A stretch of 64,000 nt of DNA from Clostridia bacterium (GTDB lineage Bacteria > Bacillota > Clostridia > Oscillospirales > Acutalibacteraceae): positions 4,182 to 68,181 of the forward strand of contig JAFUNA010000032.1 in the NCBI GenBank assembly GCA_017473165.1. Direction: 5' to 3'. The position numbers and the translations under genes are program-made. The notes below the pieces were generated by a model that was given only the letters and a program-made list of their open reading frames with translations, was not told where the DNA came from and searched no databases. Below, in pieces: positions 20,486 to 30,324 of the stretch (positions are counted from its first letter, which is position 1; the number at the start of each line of letters is the position of its first letter).

Positions 20486-21706
20486 TTATGATTCTGAATT
20501 TGCTGCGGTGCTTTCTGTTGTTGACTCTGCAGCCTTTGTTGTTGTAGTTGTTGTTTCAGCCTTGGTTGTTGTGGTTGTTTCGGCTTTTGTTGTAGTTGTT
20601 GTTTCGGGCTTGGTTGTGGTTGTTGTTGCTTCTGTTGTTGTGGCTTTGGTTGTTGTTGCCTTTGTTGTTGTGGTTGTTGAGTCCTTGCCTGTGTAGCCTA
20701 CGAAGCAGTCATGATAGCAGTTTGCCCAGAGTACCCAAACGTCTGCACCGTCCTGGAAATAGGTGTCGTTGCCGAGGGTTGTGCTGCTTGATGCTCTTGC
20801 AAAGCCGCATTCCTTAAGTCCGAGAACAAAGAGGTCTGCCATTTCCTTTGACTTGAATGTGATTCTGCCCTTAACCTTAAGCTCTGAAAGGGGATTTATG
20901 TAGTCTGTAAGCTGTCCCTTAACAAAGCCTGTGGGCCACCAATATTTATCATAGGGTCTTGTGAAAATCTTTTCGTATTTGCCGCTGTTGTTCTTTGCAA
21001 AGTAGCAGTCAAGCTGCATATAGAGCCAGTCTTCCTTGGCTGCACAGTCATAGTGGTTAACATCACCTACAGAGCCTGTGTATTTGCCCGAAGGAGCGGT
21101 GTAAAGACCGATTTCCGCACCGACAAGAAGGAAGCCGTACTGACCCTTCCACATCTGTACCATCCAGTCCTTGCCGCCGTATGTAAAGCGGATACGAATC
21201 TGGTCGATGAACATACCTGCCATGGGAGCCATGTTATCGTAGATTTCGTTGTAGCCTGCATTCTTCTGCCAGCAGTCTTTATCGTCTGTGTAGTAGAAGT
21301 TGCCGTCGGGATTGTATCTGTAGCCTGCAAGCTGCTGATTTGTGAGTGCGTTGGGAACAAGACCGGTGTTGCCGACCTGTGTTGTTGTGGTTGTTGTTTT
21401 TGCGGGAGCCTTGGTTGTTACGGTTGCTTTCTTTGTTGTTTTAACAGCCTTTTTTGTTGTCTTAACAACCTTTTTGATTGTTGTGAGAGCGTTGCCCGAG
21501 GGGTCTGTTATTGTTTCGCTCTGCTCGTTTGTGACATATTCGGGAACATCCACATAATATGTCTGTTCTTCATACTGGGGTACGGTTGCAGTTGTTGTTG
21601 TGTCTTCTTTGACGTTGAAGTTTCTCATGAGAACAACAGCTGCGATTGCGCCTGCGATTACAACAACGGCGCTGACTGCGAGAATAATAATCTTCTTCTT
21701 ACTCAT
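20486..21706 (-). CDS. Membrane-anchored DUF4474-domain protein with Thr-rich linkers
   Basis: N-terminal TM; WQKNAGY..YD, WKGQYG, GAEIGLY, WWPTGF as recalled for DUF4474. Confidence 0.8.
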   Translation of the reverse strand: MSKKKIIILAVSAVVVIAGAIAAVVLMRNFNVKEDTTTTATVPQYEEQTYYVDVPEYVTNEQSETITDPSGNALTTIKKVVKTTKKAVKTTKKATVTTKAPAKTTTTTTQVGNTGLVPNALTNQQLAGYRYNPDGNFYYTDDKDCWQKNAGYNEIYDNMAPMAGMFIDQIRIRFTYGGKDWMVQMWKGQYGFLLVGAEIGLYTAPSGKYTGSVGDVNHYDCAAKEDWLYMQLDCYFAKNNSGKYEKIFTRPYDKYWWPTGFVKGQLTDYINPLSELKVKGRITFKSKEMADLFVLGLKECGFARASSSTTLGNDTYFQDGADVWVLWANCYHDCFVGYTGKDSTTTTTKATTTKATTTEATTTTTKPETTTTTKAETTTTTKAETTTTTTKAAESTTESTAANSES

Positions 21707-21790
21707 TGAAAATTCCTTTCTTCGGGCCGTTTCCCGTTAAAATTTGTTTTCTGCGGATATATGTTTCAACTCCGTGCGGAGTCTGTTCCC

Positions 21791-22849
21791 TTATCTGATA
21801 TTCTGCCAAAGGAAAATAACGTCCTTTTCGTAACGCTTGTAGGTGTCGATTTCATAGGGTGAGAAATCCTCAACCTTTGTGAAGCCCTTCTTTGACATTG
21901 CTGCATCAAAGGCTTCCGCCTGTTCAACGGTTTCGAATGTGATTCTGCCGAGAACTCTCATTGAGTTGGAGTCTCTGCGGTTTTTGAGCTGACCGTCAAC
22001 AAAGCCTGTTGCCCACCAGAAATCGTTATAGTTTCTTGTGAGCTGGGGAAGATATTCGCCGTTATCGAATTCATCCCAGTAAACGGTCATTTCCATTTTG
22101 AGCCAGTCATCCTCGGCGGCACAGTTATAGTGGTCAAGGGCGGAAATTGTTCCCGAGGGTCTTGTGTAAACGCCGATTTCGCCGCCTACCGTTCCGATTT
22201 CGCCGGAAATATACTGACCCTTCCAGAGCTGGATTCTGTAATCCTTGTCCTCATATTTGAAGTCAAGCTTTGTTGTTTCGATGCTGAAATCGATGAAGTT
22301 TGCACCGATATCGTAGGTGTAGTTATAACCGAAGTTCTTCTGGAAGCACTGGGGATCCTTGTCATCGTTATATATGTAATCCTTGAAGCCGATGACGTCG
22401 TAGCCCATCGTTGAAAGACCCGCAAAGGACATATCCTGCGGAAGGTCGCCCGTAGGCTTGACTGCCTGTGCCTGATTTCCGCTTGCGTGCTGGGTGATTT
22501 CCTCGGGCACTTCGGGAACGGTCATTTCTTCGGTCAGCTGCTCAACGGGAACGGTGGTTGTGGGCTTGGTTGTTGTGGGTTTTGTGGTTGTGGGAGCGGT
22601 TGTTGCCGTTGAGGGCACAAAGGTGTTTGAATAAACATCAGAGGTTGTTGAAAGAATTGCTTCAAAAACCGATGTTGTATTCTCGTTGTAATTATAAGCG
22701 GGAGTGTTCTGAACGTAGCCGGAAGTTGTGTCCGCCTGGATATCGGGAGAGTTGTCGGCTGCACGGAATGCAAGAGTTCCGACAACTGCGATAAGACACA
22801 CGGCACATATCGAAACGGCGATAACGGGCAGATTGACGTTTTTCTTCAT
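21791..22849 (-). CDS. Membrane-anchored DUF4474-domain protein (paralogue)
   Basis: FQKNFGY..YD, WKGQY, GGEIGVY, WWATGF; start placed at MKKNVN after GAGGAGGA. Confidence 0.8.
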   Translation of the reverse strand: MKKNVNLPVIAVSICAVCLIAVVGTLAFRAADNSPDIQADTTSGYVQNTPAYNYNENTTSVFEAILSTTSDVYSNTFVPSTATTAPTTTKPTTTKPTTTVPVEQLTEEMTVPEVPEEITQHASGNQAQAVKPTGDLPQDMSFAGLSTMGYDVIGFKDYIYNDDKDPQCFQKNFGYNYTYDIGANFIDFSIETTKLDFKYEDKDYRIQLWKGQYISGEIGTVGGEIGVYTRPSGTISALDHYNCAAEDDWLKMEMTVYWDEFDNGEYLPQLTRNYNDFWWATGFVDGQLKNRRDSNSMRVLGRITFETVEQAEAFDAAMSKKGFTKVEDFSPYEIDTYKRYEKDVIFLWQNIR

Positions 22850-22916
22850 TGTTATTCCTCCTCTTGATATTATTTGCACACTTTTATGTAACAGCTGCGG
22901 AATGCAGCCTTGATTT

Positions 22917-23265
22917 TGGTGGAGATGGCGGTAATCGAAACCGCGTCCGAAAAACCCTTGCAGGGACTTTCTACGAGTGTAGCCGTTCTTTTAACATTCC
23001 CTTACTCCGACGCCGAAGGGCAGGCTTCGGAGCTTGGTAGACAGATTATTCATGACGGGCTATCCGCCGTTACCCGTTCACGTTCACTGCTTGTCGACGC
23101 CTCTTATGCGGCCGCAGTCCTCCGCACAGAGACGGCTGCTTAGTTAAGCAGCAAGAGCAACTTTATTGTTGTCGTTTAAATTTGAAAATTGCGGATTTTA
23201 TAGCGGTCCCGCCCCGCTACTCGCTTATCCGGGCTCAGATTCCCCGTCGAAATCCTTTCATCCCC
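22917..23265 (-). ncRNA. ssrA: Transfer-messenger RNA; tag about (A)DNNKVALAA
   Basis: 5' GGGGATGAAAGGATTTCGAC, 3' GGTTTCGATTACCGCCATCTCCACCA, internal frame GACAACAATAAAGTTGCTCTTGCTGCTTAA, next to smpB. Confidence 0.97.
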
Positions 23266-23272
23266 ATTTATA

Positions 23273-23376
23273 GTGAAACAACTTGCGTTGTTTCAGTGAT
23301 ATATCACTTCGTGATGTGATATAGCTTCGCTGTGATATTTTTGCTTATGCAAAAGTGATATACGCCTTCGGCGTGT
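23273..23376 (+). repeat. Array of four GTGATAT-hairpin units
   Basis: Units start at 23296, 23316, 23332 and 23355, each GTGATAT followed by a different perfect stem-loop. Confidence 0.85.
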
Positions 23377-23384
23377 TAAGGTTT

Positions 23385-23843
23385 TTATCGGCGAAGATTG
23401 CGTTCGATTGTTCTCTGTGCGTCTTTTTTTGCGGCGACTTCACGTTTGTCGTAAAGCTTTTTACCTTTACAAAGTCCGATTTCAACCTTTGCTCTGCCTT
23501 TTTTGAAATACACGCTCAACGGTACGATGGCAAGACCCTCCTGCTTGACCTGTGCATAAAATCTGCGGATTTCCTTTTTGTGGAGAAGCAGACGCTTTGT
23601 GCGCAGCGGGTCACGGTTGAAGATATTTCCCTGCTCGTAGGGGCTGATGTGCATTCCGTTGACAAACATTTCGCCGTCCTTGACGAAGCACCAGGAATCC
23701 TTGAGGTTGATTTTGCCCTGTCGGATTGACTTGACCTCCGTGCCGAAAAGCTCAATGCCCGCCTCAAGCTTATCAAGCACAAAATAGTCATGATATGCTT
23801 TTTTGTTCTGGGCAACTATTTTGATTGCGCTGTCTTTTTCCAT
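23385..23843 (-). CDS. smpB: SsrA-binding protein
   Basis: NKKAYHDY, EAGIELFGTEVKSIR, KGKKLYDKR. Confidence 0.98.
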   Translation of the reverse strand: MEKDSAIKIVAQNKKAYHDYFVLDKLEAGIELFGTEVKSIRQGKINLKDSWCFVKDGEMFVNGMHISPYEQGNIFNRDPLRTKRLLLHKKEIRRFYAQVKQEGLAIVPLSVYFKKGRAKVEIGLCKGKKLYDKREVAAKKDAQRTIERNLRR

Positions 23844-23993
23844 CGGTTTACCTTTCTTAAGCCATGCGGAGTGGGATTATACCACACATTAGATAAGTGT
23901 GTCAATATCTCAATTTTGTTGCATTGATTATGTGAAATTTTTATGAATTTTATTTTTGGGAAAATATTGTGGCTAAATCATCGCCGCACCACA

Positions 23994-24422
23994 TTATTTT
24001 GAGGTCTTTGCGGTATAACGTTTTTTTGCGTAAAAATCTCTTTTTTTCTTTTTTTCTTCAGCCTCACGCTTTGCGGCAAGAGCTCTCTTGGCTTTTACCT
24101 TTGAAAGGGGCTTTCCTTTCTTTGCGGGCTTCTTCTTTTTTTCTTCTTTGTCCTTATCGGGGTTTTCTTTATAGAAGACTATGCTGCCGCCCACAACCTG
24201 AACAACCTCGCTGCCTGTTGCGGCGGCAAGCTTGTCGGCAAATTCGCGGGGGCTTTCGGGTGCACTTTCAAGAAGGACTTTAAGCTTTATAAGCTCTCTT
24301 TTGCGGAGTGCGTCGGCGGTCTGCTCAACAAGAGCGTCGGAAATTCCGCCTTTGCCTATCTGAAAAAGGGGCTCAAGGCTGTTTGCCTGTGCACGCAGCT
24401 GTGCTCTTTCTTTGCTGGTCAT
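23994..24422 (-). CDS. yhbY: YhbY/CRM-domain RNA-binding protein with Lys-rich tail
   Basis: TSKERAQLR, QIGKGGI, RELIKLKVL. Confidence 0.9.
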   Translation of the reverse strand: MTSKERAQLRAQANSLEPLFQIGKGGISDALVEQTADALRKRELIKLKVLLESAPESPREFADKLAAATGSEVVQVVGGSIVFYKENPDKDKEEKKKKPAKKGKPLSKVKAKRALAAKREAEEKKKKRDFYAKKRYTAKTSK

Positions 24423-25021
24423 CGGTTATTCTCTCCAATCATTTCGGCAAGTATTCTTGAGGATTTGCCTCTGTGGCTGATTGCGTCTTTTTCTTCGGCG
24501 GTAAGCTCTGCCATGGTTTTTTCGCCGTTATATTCAACGGGCAGGAAAAGGGGATCATAGCCGAAGCCGCCGCTGCCGATTTCCTCATAGCCGATTGTGC
24601 CTCTGCATTCGCCTCTTGCGGTGAGCTTTGTGCCGTCGGGATAAACGCAGCATACAACGCTTACGAATGCCGCACCTCTGTCTGCGGGGTCAACGCCCTC
24701 AAGAGCCTTGAGAAGCTTTTTGTTGTTTGCATCATCGTCGCCGTGCTCGCCCGCATATCTTGCGGAGTAAACGCCGGGTGCACCGTCAAGATAGTCAACG
24801 GCAAGACCCGAATCGTCGGCAATGCAGGGCATTCCGCTTTCACGGCAGCCGCTTTCGGCTTTGATGAAAGCGTTTTCCTCGAAGGTTGTGCCGGTTTCTT
24901 CGGCATCGGTGAGCTCAACGCCTGCCTCCTCGGCAAGGAGCACTCTTATTCCCAAGGGAGCAAGAATTCTCTGAAGCTCGTCACGCTTTTTCATGTTGTG
25001 GGTTGCAATTATATAATCCAT
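24419..25021 (-). CDS. rdgB: Non-canonical purine NTP pyrophosphatase
   Basis: ATHN..K, ADDSGL, APGVYSAR, GFGYDP, SHRG. Confidence 0.95.
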   Translation of the reverse strand: MDYIIATHNMKKRDELQRILAPLGIRVLLAEEAGVELTDAEETGTTFEENAFIKAESGCRESGMPCIADDSGLAVDYLDGAPGVYSARYAGEHGDDDANNKKLLKALEGVDPADRGAAFVSVVCCVYPDGTKLTARGECRGTIGYEEIGSGGFGYDPLFLPVEYNGEKTMAELTAEEKDAISHRGKSSRILAEMIGENNR

Positions 25022-25026
25022 ATATA

Positions 25027-25950
25027 TTATTCCTCGCTATTGTCCTCTTCAAACAGACTTTCTGCAAAATCACGGGGCTCAAAGGGTCGAAGGTCGTCGA
25101 TTCCTTCGCCTACGCCGATAAATTTAACGGGCACTTTGAGGTCATTCTTGATTGCAAGAACAACGCCGCCCTTGGCTGTGCCGTCGAGCTTTGTGAGAAT
25201 GATGCCCGTGATTTCGGCAACATCCTTGAATTCCTTTGCCTGATTAACCGCATTCTGACCCGTTGTTGCATCGAGAACAAGCAGGATTTCACGGTCGGCA
25301 TAGGGGAGCTGACGGTCAATTACACGGTAGATTTTTGCAAGCTCCTCCATAAGGTTTTTCTTGTTGTGGAGTCTGCCTGCGGTGTCGCAGATAATGATGT
25401 CCGCATTTCTTGCCTTGCCCGCTTCGATTGTATCAAAAACAACGGCTGCGGGGTCTGCACCTTCCTTGTGCTTGACGATATCAACGCCTGCACGGTCAGC
25501 CCAGATTTCAAGCTGGTCGATTGCCGCCGCACGGAAGGTATCGGCTGCACCGAGGATAACCTTTTTGCCCTCTTCCTTGAACATTGCCGCCATTTTGCCG
25601 ATTGATGTGGTTTTGCCTACGCCGTTGACGCCGATTACAAGGATAACCGAAGGCACGGTTATCATATCGATATCTTCGCCGCCGCTCAGAAGGTCGGCAA
25701 CGATGCTTTTGATTTCTTTTTTAACATCCTTTGCTCTGCGGAGATTTTTTTTGAAAACCGCATCACGGAGCTTTTCAACGATTTCCATGGCGGTATTGAC
25801 GCCAACATCGCCCATAACAAGAATTTCTTCGAGTTCATCGTAAAAATCGTCGTCGATTTCGTTTTTGCCGTAGAGAGCAGCGTTGATTGCTCCCGACATA
25901 TTATCCCTGGTCTTTTTAAGACCCTGATTAAGCTTTTTGAAAAATCCCAT
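25027..25950 (-). CDS. ftsY: SRP receptor FtsY
   Basis: GVNGVGKTT, DTFRAAA, DTAGR, TKLDGTAKGG. Confidence 0.97.
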   Translation of the reverse strand: MGFFKKLNQGLKKTRDNMSGAINAALYGKNEIDDDFYDELEEILVMGDVGVNTAMEIVEKLRDAVFKKNLRRAKDVKKEIKSIVADLLSGGEDIDMITVPSVILVIGVNGVGKTTSIGKMAAMFKEEGKKVILGAADTFRAAAIDQLEIWADRAGVDIVKHKEGADPAAVVFDTIEAGKARNADIIICDTAGRLHNKKNLMEELAKIYRVIDRQLPYADREILLVLDATTGQNAVNQAKEFKDVAEITGIILTKLDGTAKGGVVLAIKNDLKVPVKFIGVGEGIDDLRPFEPRDFAESLFEEDNSEE

Positions 25951-25977
25951 GGTGTACCTCTATATATAAAATGTATA

Positions 25978-27291
25978 TTACTGCTGCTGAACGTTCTTGA
26001 TAATTTTATCGATTGTCTTTTTCAGCGACGAATCCCTTTCGGCATCCTTTGCAACGGTTTCAACGGAATAAAGAATGGTTGTTCTGTCACGTCCGCCGAA
26101 ATAGTTACTGATTTCCTTCTGGGTAAGGTCGGTTATTTCTCTTACGATATAAATTGCAATCTGTCTTGCCCTTGCGGTTTTTGCATCCTTTTTCTTTGAG
26201 ATGATATCCGCCTGCGGAACGCCGAAGGTTCTTGAGGTTTCTGCAATTATGTTGTTGACAACGGCGGAAACGGGCTGGCTGTCGCTCATGAGGTCCTTGA
26301 TTGCGTTCTGTGCCATGGCTATGTTGATTGCGGCACCCTCAATGTTGACAAGAGCGTTGATTTTCTTTACCGCACCTTCAAGCTGACGCACGTTGGTTCT
26401 GATTTTTTCAGCGATGAACTGAATAACATCGTCTGGAAGCTCAAGGCTGAGCGTTTTTGCCTTGCGGCGGATAATCGCCATTCTTGTTTCGATATCGGGC
26501 GGCTGGATGTCAGCGATAAGTCCCATTTCGAAACGGCTTCTCAAACGCTCGTCAAGAATTTCGATGTCCTTGGGTGAACGGTCGGATGCAAGAACAATCT
26601 GCTTGCCGTCTTGAGTGAGGGCGTTGAAGGTGTGGAAGAATTCTTCCTGGGTTGATTCCTTGCCCGCAATGAACTGGATATCGTCAACGATGAGAACATC
26701 GCAGTTTCTGTATTTTTCGTGAATCTCAACCATACCGTTCTGGCGGATTCCCGTAACAATCATGTTAACAAATTCTTCGCCTCTGGTGAAAATTATATCC
26801 GCTTCGGGGGTTTTGGCCTTGATTTCCTCGCTTATGGCACAGAGCAGATGGGTTTTACCAAGACCCGAGTTTCCGTGGATGAACAGGGGGTTATATGCCG
26901 CACCCGGAGTTGCCGCAACTGCCTGTGCAGCGGCATGGGCAAATCTGTTTGAAGGGCCGACAACGAAGGTTTCAAACGTGTTCTTTTCAATGCTCAACGA
27001 TGCGCCTGCGGGAGCTTTTTCGGCTGTTTTTTCTTTTTTTGTGATTTCATCGGGGTCGATAAGAACAACATCAACATCAAAGCCCATAACGGATTTGAAC
27101 GCATTGCTGATTTCTCCGGGAAATTTTTGATCAATAACTTTTTTCATAAATTCGCCGGCTGCAATAACCGCCTTTGTTCCGTCAAAGCTGATTATCTCAA
27201 GGGGCATAAACCAAACTTCATAAATGACTTCACCAAGATTCTTTTTAAGTTGCTCACACACGAGCTGCCACATCTCATTAAGAGATTTCAT
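25978..27291 (-). CDS. dnaA: Replication initiator DnaA with atypical domain IV
   Basis: YNPLFIHGNSGLGKTHLL, DDIQF, RLRSRF, NVRQLEGA; start at MKSLNE after GGAGGAG (the ORF track over-extends it). Confidence 0.93.
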   Translation of the reverse strand: MKSLNEMWQLVCEQLKKNLGEVIYEVWFMPLEIISFDGTKAVIAAGEFMKKVIDQKFPGEISNAFKSVMGFDVDVVLIDPDEITKKEKTAEKAPAGASLSIEKNTFETFVVGPSNRFAHAAAQAVAATPGAAYNPLFIHGNSGLGKTHLLCAISEEIKAKTPEADIIFTRGEEFVNMIVTGIRQNGMVEIHEKYRNCDVLIVDDIQFIAGKESTQEEFFHTFNALTQDGKQIVLASDRSPKDIEILDERLRSRFEMGLIADIQPPDIETRMAIIRRKAKTLSLELPDDVIQFIAEKIRTNVRQLEGAVKKINALVNIEGAAINIAMAQNAIKDLMSDSQPVSAVVNNIIAETSRTFGVPQADIISKKKDAKTARARQIAIYIVREITDLTQKEISNYFGGRDRTTILYSVETVAKDAERDSSLKKTIDKIIKNVQQQ

Positions 27292-27357
27292 CAATTTCTC
27301 CTCCATATCCGAATTTTTCGCACAATCCGACATTTTACTGATAATGATACATAATAC

Positions 27358-27386
27358 AGTATAGCACAGCGTTTCGGATATTTCAA
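27358..27386 (-). promoter_or_regulatory. Sigma-A promoter of dnaA
   Basis: TTGAAA-17 bp-TATACT with extended TG. Confidence 0.65.
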
Positions 27387-27424
27387 GAAAAAACGAAGAA
27401 AATCGTATTATTAAAAAATTTTTA

Positions 27425-27454
27425 TTGACATTGGTGGTCAAGCTGTTATATAAT
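27425..27454 (+). promoter_or_regulatory. Sigma-A promoter of rpmH operon
   Basis: TTGACA-18 bp-TATAAT. Confidence 0.7.
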
Positions 27455-27570
27455 GTGTATTCCGAGGGGTATTTTACCCTTTATTCGTTATGCTTAATAA
27501 TCAAAATCAAATCACATTTTGAGTTTGTTTGATTTTGATTGATTATAAAATTGAAACGGAGGTAAAGCAA

Positions 27571-27705
27571 ATGAAAAGAACTTACCAGCCCAAGAAGCGT
27601 CATCGCAAGATGGAACACGGCTTCCGCAAGAGAATGGCTGACAGAAACGGCCGCAAGGTTCTTGCCCGCCGCAGAGCAAAGGGCAGAAAGCAGCTTACTT
27701 ATTAA
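27571..27705 (+). CDS. rpmH: 50S ribosomal protein L34 (not in ORF track)
   Basis: [53 protein letters not shown]. Confidence 0.98.
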   Translation: MKRTYQPKKRHRKMEHGFRKRMADRNGRKVLARRRAKGRKQLTY

Positions 27706-27717
27706 TCCGAAGGATTG

Positions 27718-28083
27718 ATGAAGAAGATGTCCGGAGCAGTAACCCTGAAACAGAATACCGAATTCCACCGTGCATACGGCAGAGGAAAGGTTAAAACCTC
27801 TCCCGGGCTTGTTACCTATGTTGTCAAAAACAGAGGGATGGGTTGCCGAATCGGAATAACAGCCGCAAAAAAGCTTGGCTGTGCAGTTGAGAGAAACAGA
27901 TGCCGCCGCATCATCAGGGCGGCATTCTCCTCAATTTCTCCCCGATGCAGCGGAAACTGGGATATCGTTTTTGTTGCAAGGTTCAAAACAAAAAAGCTCA
28001 AAAGCAGCGACCTTGTTCCCGTTATGCAGCAGCATTTAACGGAGCTTGGTGTAATTCGGGGCAGTGCGGGGGCTGATATATAA
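27718..28083 (+). CDS. rnpA: Ribonuclease P protein component
   Basis: [19 protein letters not shown] (RNR motif); exact start uncertain. Confidence 0.95.
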   Translation: MKKMSGAVTLKQNTEFHRAYGRGKVKTSPGLVTYVVKNRGMGCRIGITAAKKLGCAVERNRCRRIIRAAFSSISPRCSGNWDIVFVARFKTKKLKSSDLVPVMQQHLTELGVIRGSAGADI

Positions 28084-28325
28084 TGAAAAAAATCATGCTT
28101 GCCGCAATCCGCTTTTACCAGAGGCACATTTCCCCGCTGTTCCCGCCAATGTGCAGGTATTATCCGACCTGCTCTCAATATGCCGTCGATGCAATCAAAA
28201 TTCACGGAGCATTCCGCGGATTTTTTCTTGCGTTATTCAGGATTTTGAGATGTAACATTCTTTTTCCAGGCGGATATGATCCCGTTCCGCCAAAGAAACA
28301 CAAACACTCGGAGGACAAAAAATGA
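28083..28325 (+). CDS. yidD: Membrane protein insertion efficiency factor
   Basis: [22 protein letters not shown]. Confidence 0.95.
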   Translation: MKKIMLAAIRFYQRHISPLFPPMCRYYPTCSQYAVDAIKIHGAFRGFFLALFRILRCNILFPGGYDPVPPKKHKHSEDKK

Positions 28326-29269
28326 CATTTCTTTATGATGTTCTCGGACCGGTATTCGGTTTTCTTTTAAGAATAATCTACGACACAATCGGCTTCGGCA
28401 ACTATGCCGTTTCCATTGTTTTGCTGACTTTGTTATCACGACTTATCATGACTCCTTCAACCATCAGTCAGCAGAAGGGTATGGCGAAAACCCAGAGAAT
28501 ACAGTCCAAGGTTCGCAAAATTCAGGCGAAATATGCCGGCAATCAGCAGAAAATTCAGGAGGAAACCAACGCTCTTTATCAGCGTGAGGGCTATAACCCC
28601 ATGAATGCAGGCTGTGCGCCCATGATTTTCCAGTTTGTATTGCTTTTCGGTCTTATCGGTGCAATTTACTATCCTCTGAGCCACTTCCTGACAGGAATCA
28701 CAGACGATGAAATAAAAATTCTCTCCGACGCTGTTGCAAAAATCGACAGCTCAAAGTTCGCAAACAGCAAGCATCTTGTTGAGTTGCTTATAATTCAGAA
28801 TATTGAAAAGCTTCAGGGACTTCCCGGCGTAAGCCAGGCAACATATGAAAAAATCGCAGGCGTAAACTTCGATTTCTTCGGTCTTTTCTCGCTGGGCGAT
28901 ATTCCCATGGGACACAAATTCCCCCACATTATCTGGAGCATCCCCGTTCTCTCCTTCCTTTCTTCATTTGCAACGGGTCTTTATTCACAGATGAAGCAGA
29001 AAAAGCAGAATCCCGCCATGGCTAACAACCCCATGATGGGCTGCATGACCTTGTTCATGCCATTGTTCTCACTCTATTTCGTTGTCAACTATCCCGCAGG
29101 TATCGGTATCTACTGGATAGCTTCCAGCATTTTCGGTTTCCTTTCAACCGTTATTGTAGGCCATTTCTACAGCCCCAAAAAGACACTCGCCAAGCTTATG
29201 ATTGACGAAACGGTTGCCCGCCGCTCAAAAGAAATCAACACAAAGAAAATTGCGGAAAAGAAGGAATAA
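28322..29269 (+). CDS. yidC: YidC/Oxa1 insertase
   Basis: [21 protein letters not shown], canonical gene order. Confidence 0.93.
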   Translation: MTFLYDVLGPVFGFLLRIIYDTIGFGNYAVSIVLLTLLSRLIMTPSTISQQKGMAKTQRIQSKVRKIQAKYAGNQQKIQEETNALYQREGYNPMNAGCAPMIFQFVLLFGLIGAIYYPLSHFLTGITDDEIKILSDAVAKIDSSKFANSKHLVELLIIQNIEKLQGLPGVSQATYEKIAGVNFDFFGLFSLGDIPMGHKFPHIIWSIPVLSFLSSFATGLYSQMKQKKQNPAMANNPMMGCMTLFMPLFSLYFVVNYPAGIGIYWIASSIFGFLSTVIVGHFYSPKKTLAKLMIDETVARRSKEINTKKIAEKKE

Positions 29270-29300
29270 TTCAACATTAATAACCAGGTGGTGAATTGTT

Positions 29301-30149
29301 TTGATTAAAGAGGCATTTGGCACAGGCGCCACTCTTGAAGAAGCAAAAGATGCTGCCCTCAAGGCTCTCGGAGCTCCCGAGGATGCAGATGTTAAATATG
29401 AAATAATCGAAAAACCCAAGGCAAAGGTGTTCGGACTTTTCGGCGGTTCGGATGCAAAAATGAAGGCATTCTACGAATTCGAAGAAGATCCCTTTGCAAA
29501 AGCAAAAGACTATGTTCTTACAATCCTCAAAAGTCTTGGCATTGAGGAAGCTGAAATCGAAGTTGAAGCGGATGACGAAGATGTTAAAATCAACATCAGC
29601 TGCGGCGACGACTACGGCTCGGTTATCGGCAGAAGAGGCGAAACTCTTGACGCAATTCAGTATCTTACACGCCTTGTAATCAACAGAGGCTCGGAGGACT
29701 ACAAGAGAGTTTCAATCAATGTCGGCAATTACCGTGAAAAGAGAGAAAACACTCTCCGCTCACTTGCACGCAAGAATGCTGCAAAGGTCAGAAAGTACGG
29801 CAGAAACGTTGTGCTTGAACCCATGAACCCCTATGAACGCAGAATTATCCACACAACCGTTCAGGAAATTGAAGGCGTTACCTCCCATTCGGTAGGCAGC
29901 GACGGCGACAGAAAGGTTGTTATTACCCTTGAAGAAGGCGTTAAGCCCACAAACGGCGGCGGCTACAACAGAGGCCGCGGCGGATATAACAAGGGCGGAT
30001 ATAATAAGGGCGGCTACAGAGGAAACAGAGGCGGCAACGGCGGCAGACGTTACAACAACGAAAGCTCCGAATCCTCCGCACCCTCAAGAGCACCCCGCTC
30101 CGATTCCGCAGGCGCATCGCTCTACGGCAAAATCGAAATCAATAAATAA
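29301..30149 (+). CDS. jag: Jag/EloR/KhpB RNA-binding protein
   Basis: Jag N-domain, KH (IGRRGETLDAIQ), R3H (PMNPYERRIIH); TTG start. Confidence 0.93.
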   Translation: MIKEAFGTGATLEEAKDAALKALGAPEDADVKYEIIEKPKAKVFGLFGGSDAKMKAFYEFEEDPFAKAKDYVLTILKSLGIEEAEIEVEADDEDVKINISCGDDYGSVIGRRGETLDAIQYLTRLVINRGSEDYKRVSINVGNYREKRENTLRSLARKNAAKVRKYGRNVVLEPMNPYERRIIHTTVQEIEGVTSHSVGSDGDRKVVITLEEGVKPTNGGGYNRGRGGYNKGGYNKGGYRGNRGGNGGRRYNNESSESSAPSRAPRSDSAGASLYGKIEINK

Positions 30150-30156
30150 TTGAGTT

Positions 30157-30190
30157 AAGGACAACCGAAAAACGGTTGTCCTTTTTGTTT
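30157..30190 (+). terminator. Terminator of rpmH-jag operon
   Basis: AAGGACAACCG-AAAAA-CGGTTGTCCTT followed by a T run. Confidence 0.9.
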
Positions 30191-30222
30191 GTGCATGGCG
30201 GTTTAGCTTGTTTCATGCAATT

Positions 30223-30272
30223 ATATAATCGGGTACGGGCAGAGCCTGTCCGTCACTTTGCACTTTACACTT
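30223..30272 (-). repeat. AAAGTGC heptamers plus GACGGG..TACCCGATTATA module
   Basis: Inverted relative of 43938-43995. Confidence 0.75.
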
Positions 30273-30275
30273 AAC

Positions 30276-30307
30276 AAAAAAGCTGCCTCGGATTTCTCCG
30301 AAGCAGC
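30276..30307 (-). terminator. Terminator of fucose operon
   Basis: GCTGCTTCGGA/TCCGAGGCAGC stem followed by TTTTTT on the minus strand. Confidence 0.8.
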
Positions 30308-30324
30308 AATTTTTATTTATCTGA

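Noticed and set aside
20510-20680. GTT-rich tandem repeat
   Set aside because: It is the poly-Thr linker of the DUF4474 protein.
22900-22930. Island integrated at the tmRNA 3' end
   Set aside because: No integrase nearby and no duplicated ssrA 3' end seen.
23273-23376. GTGATAT arrays as CRISPR
   Set aside because: Constant part is only 7 bp, variable parts are self-complementary and recur, no cas genes.
27292-27441. 50-aa N-terminal extension of DnaA in the ORF track
   Set aside because: Covers the promoter; RBS and domain I similarity point to 27291.
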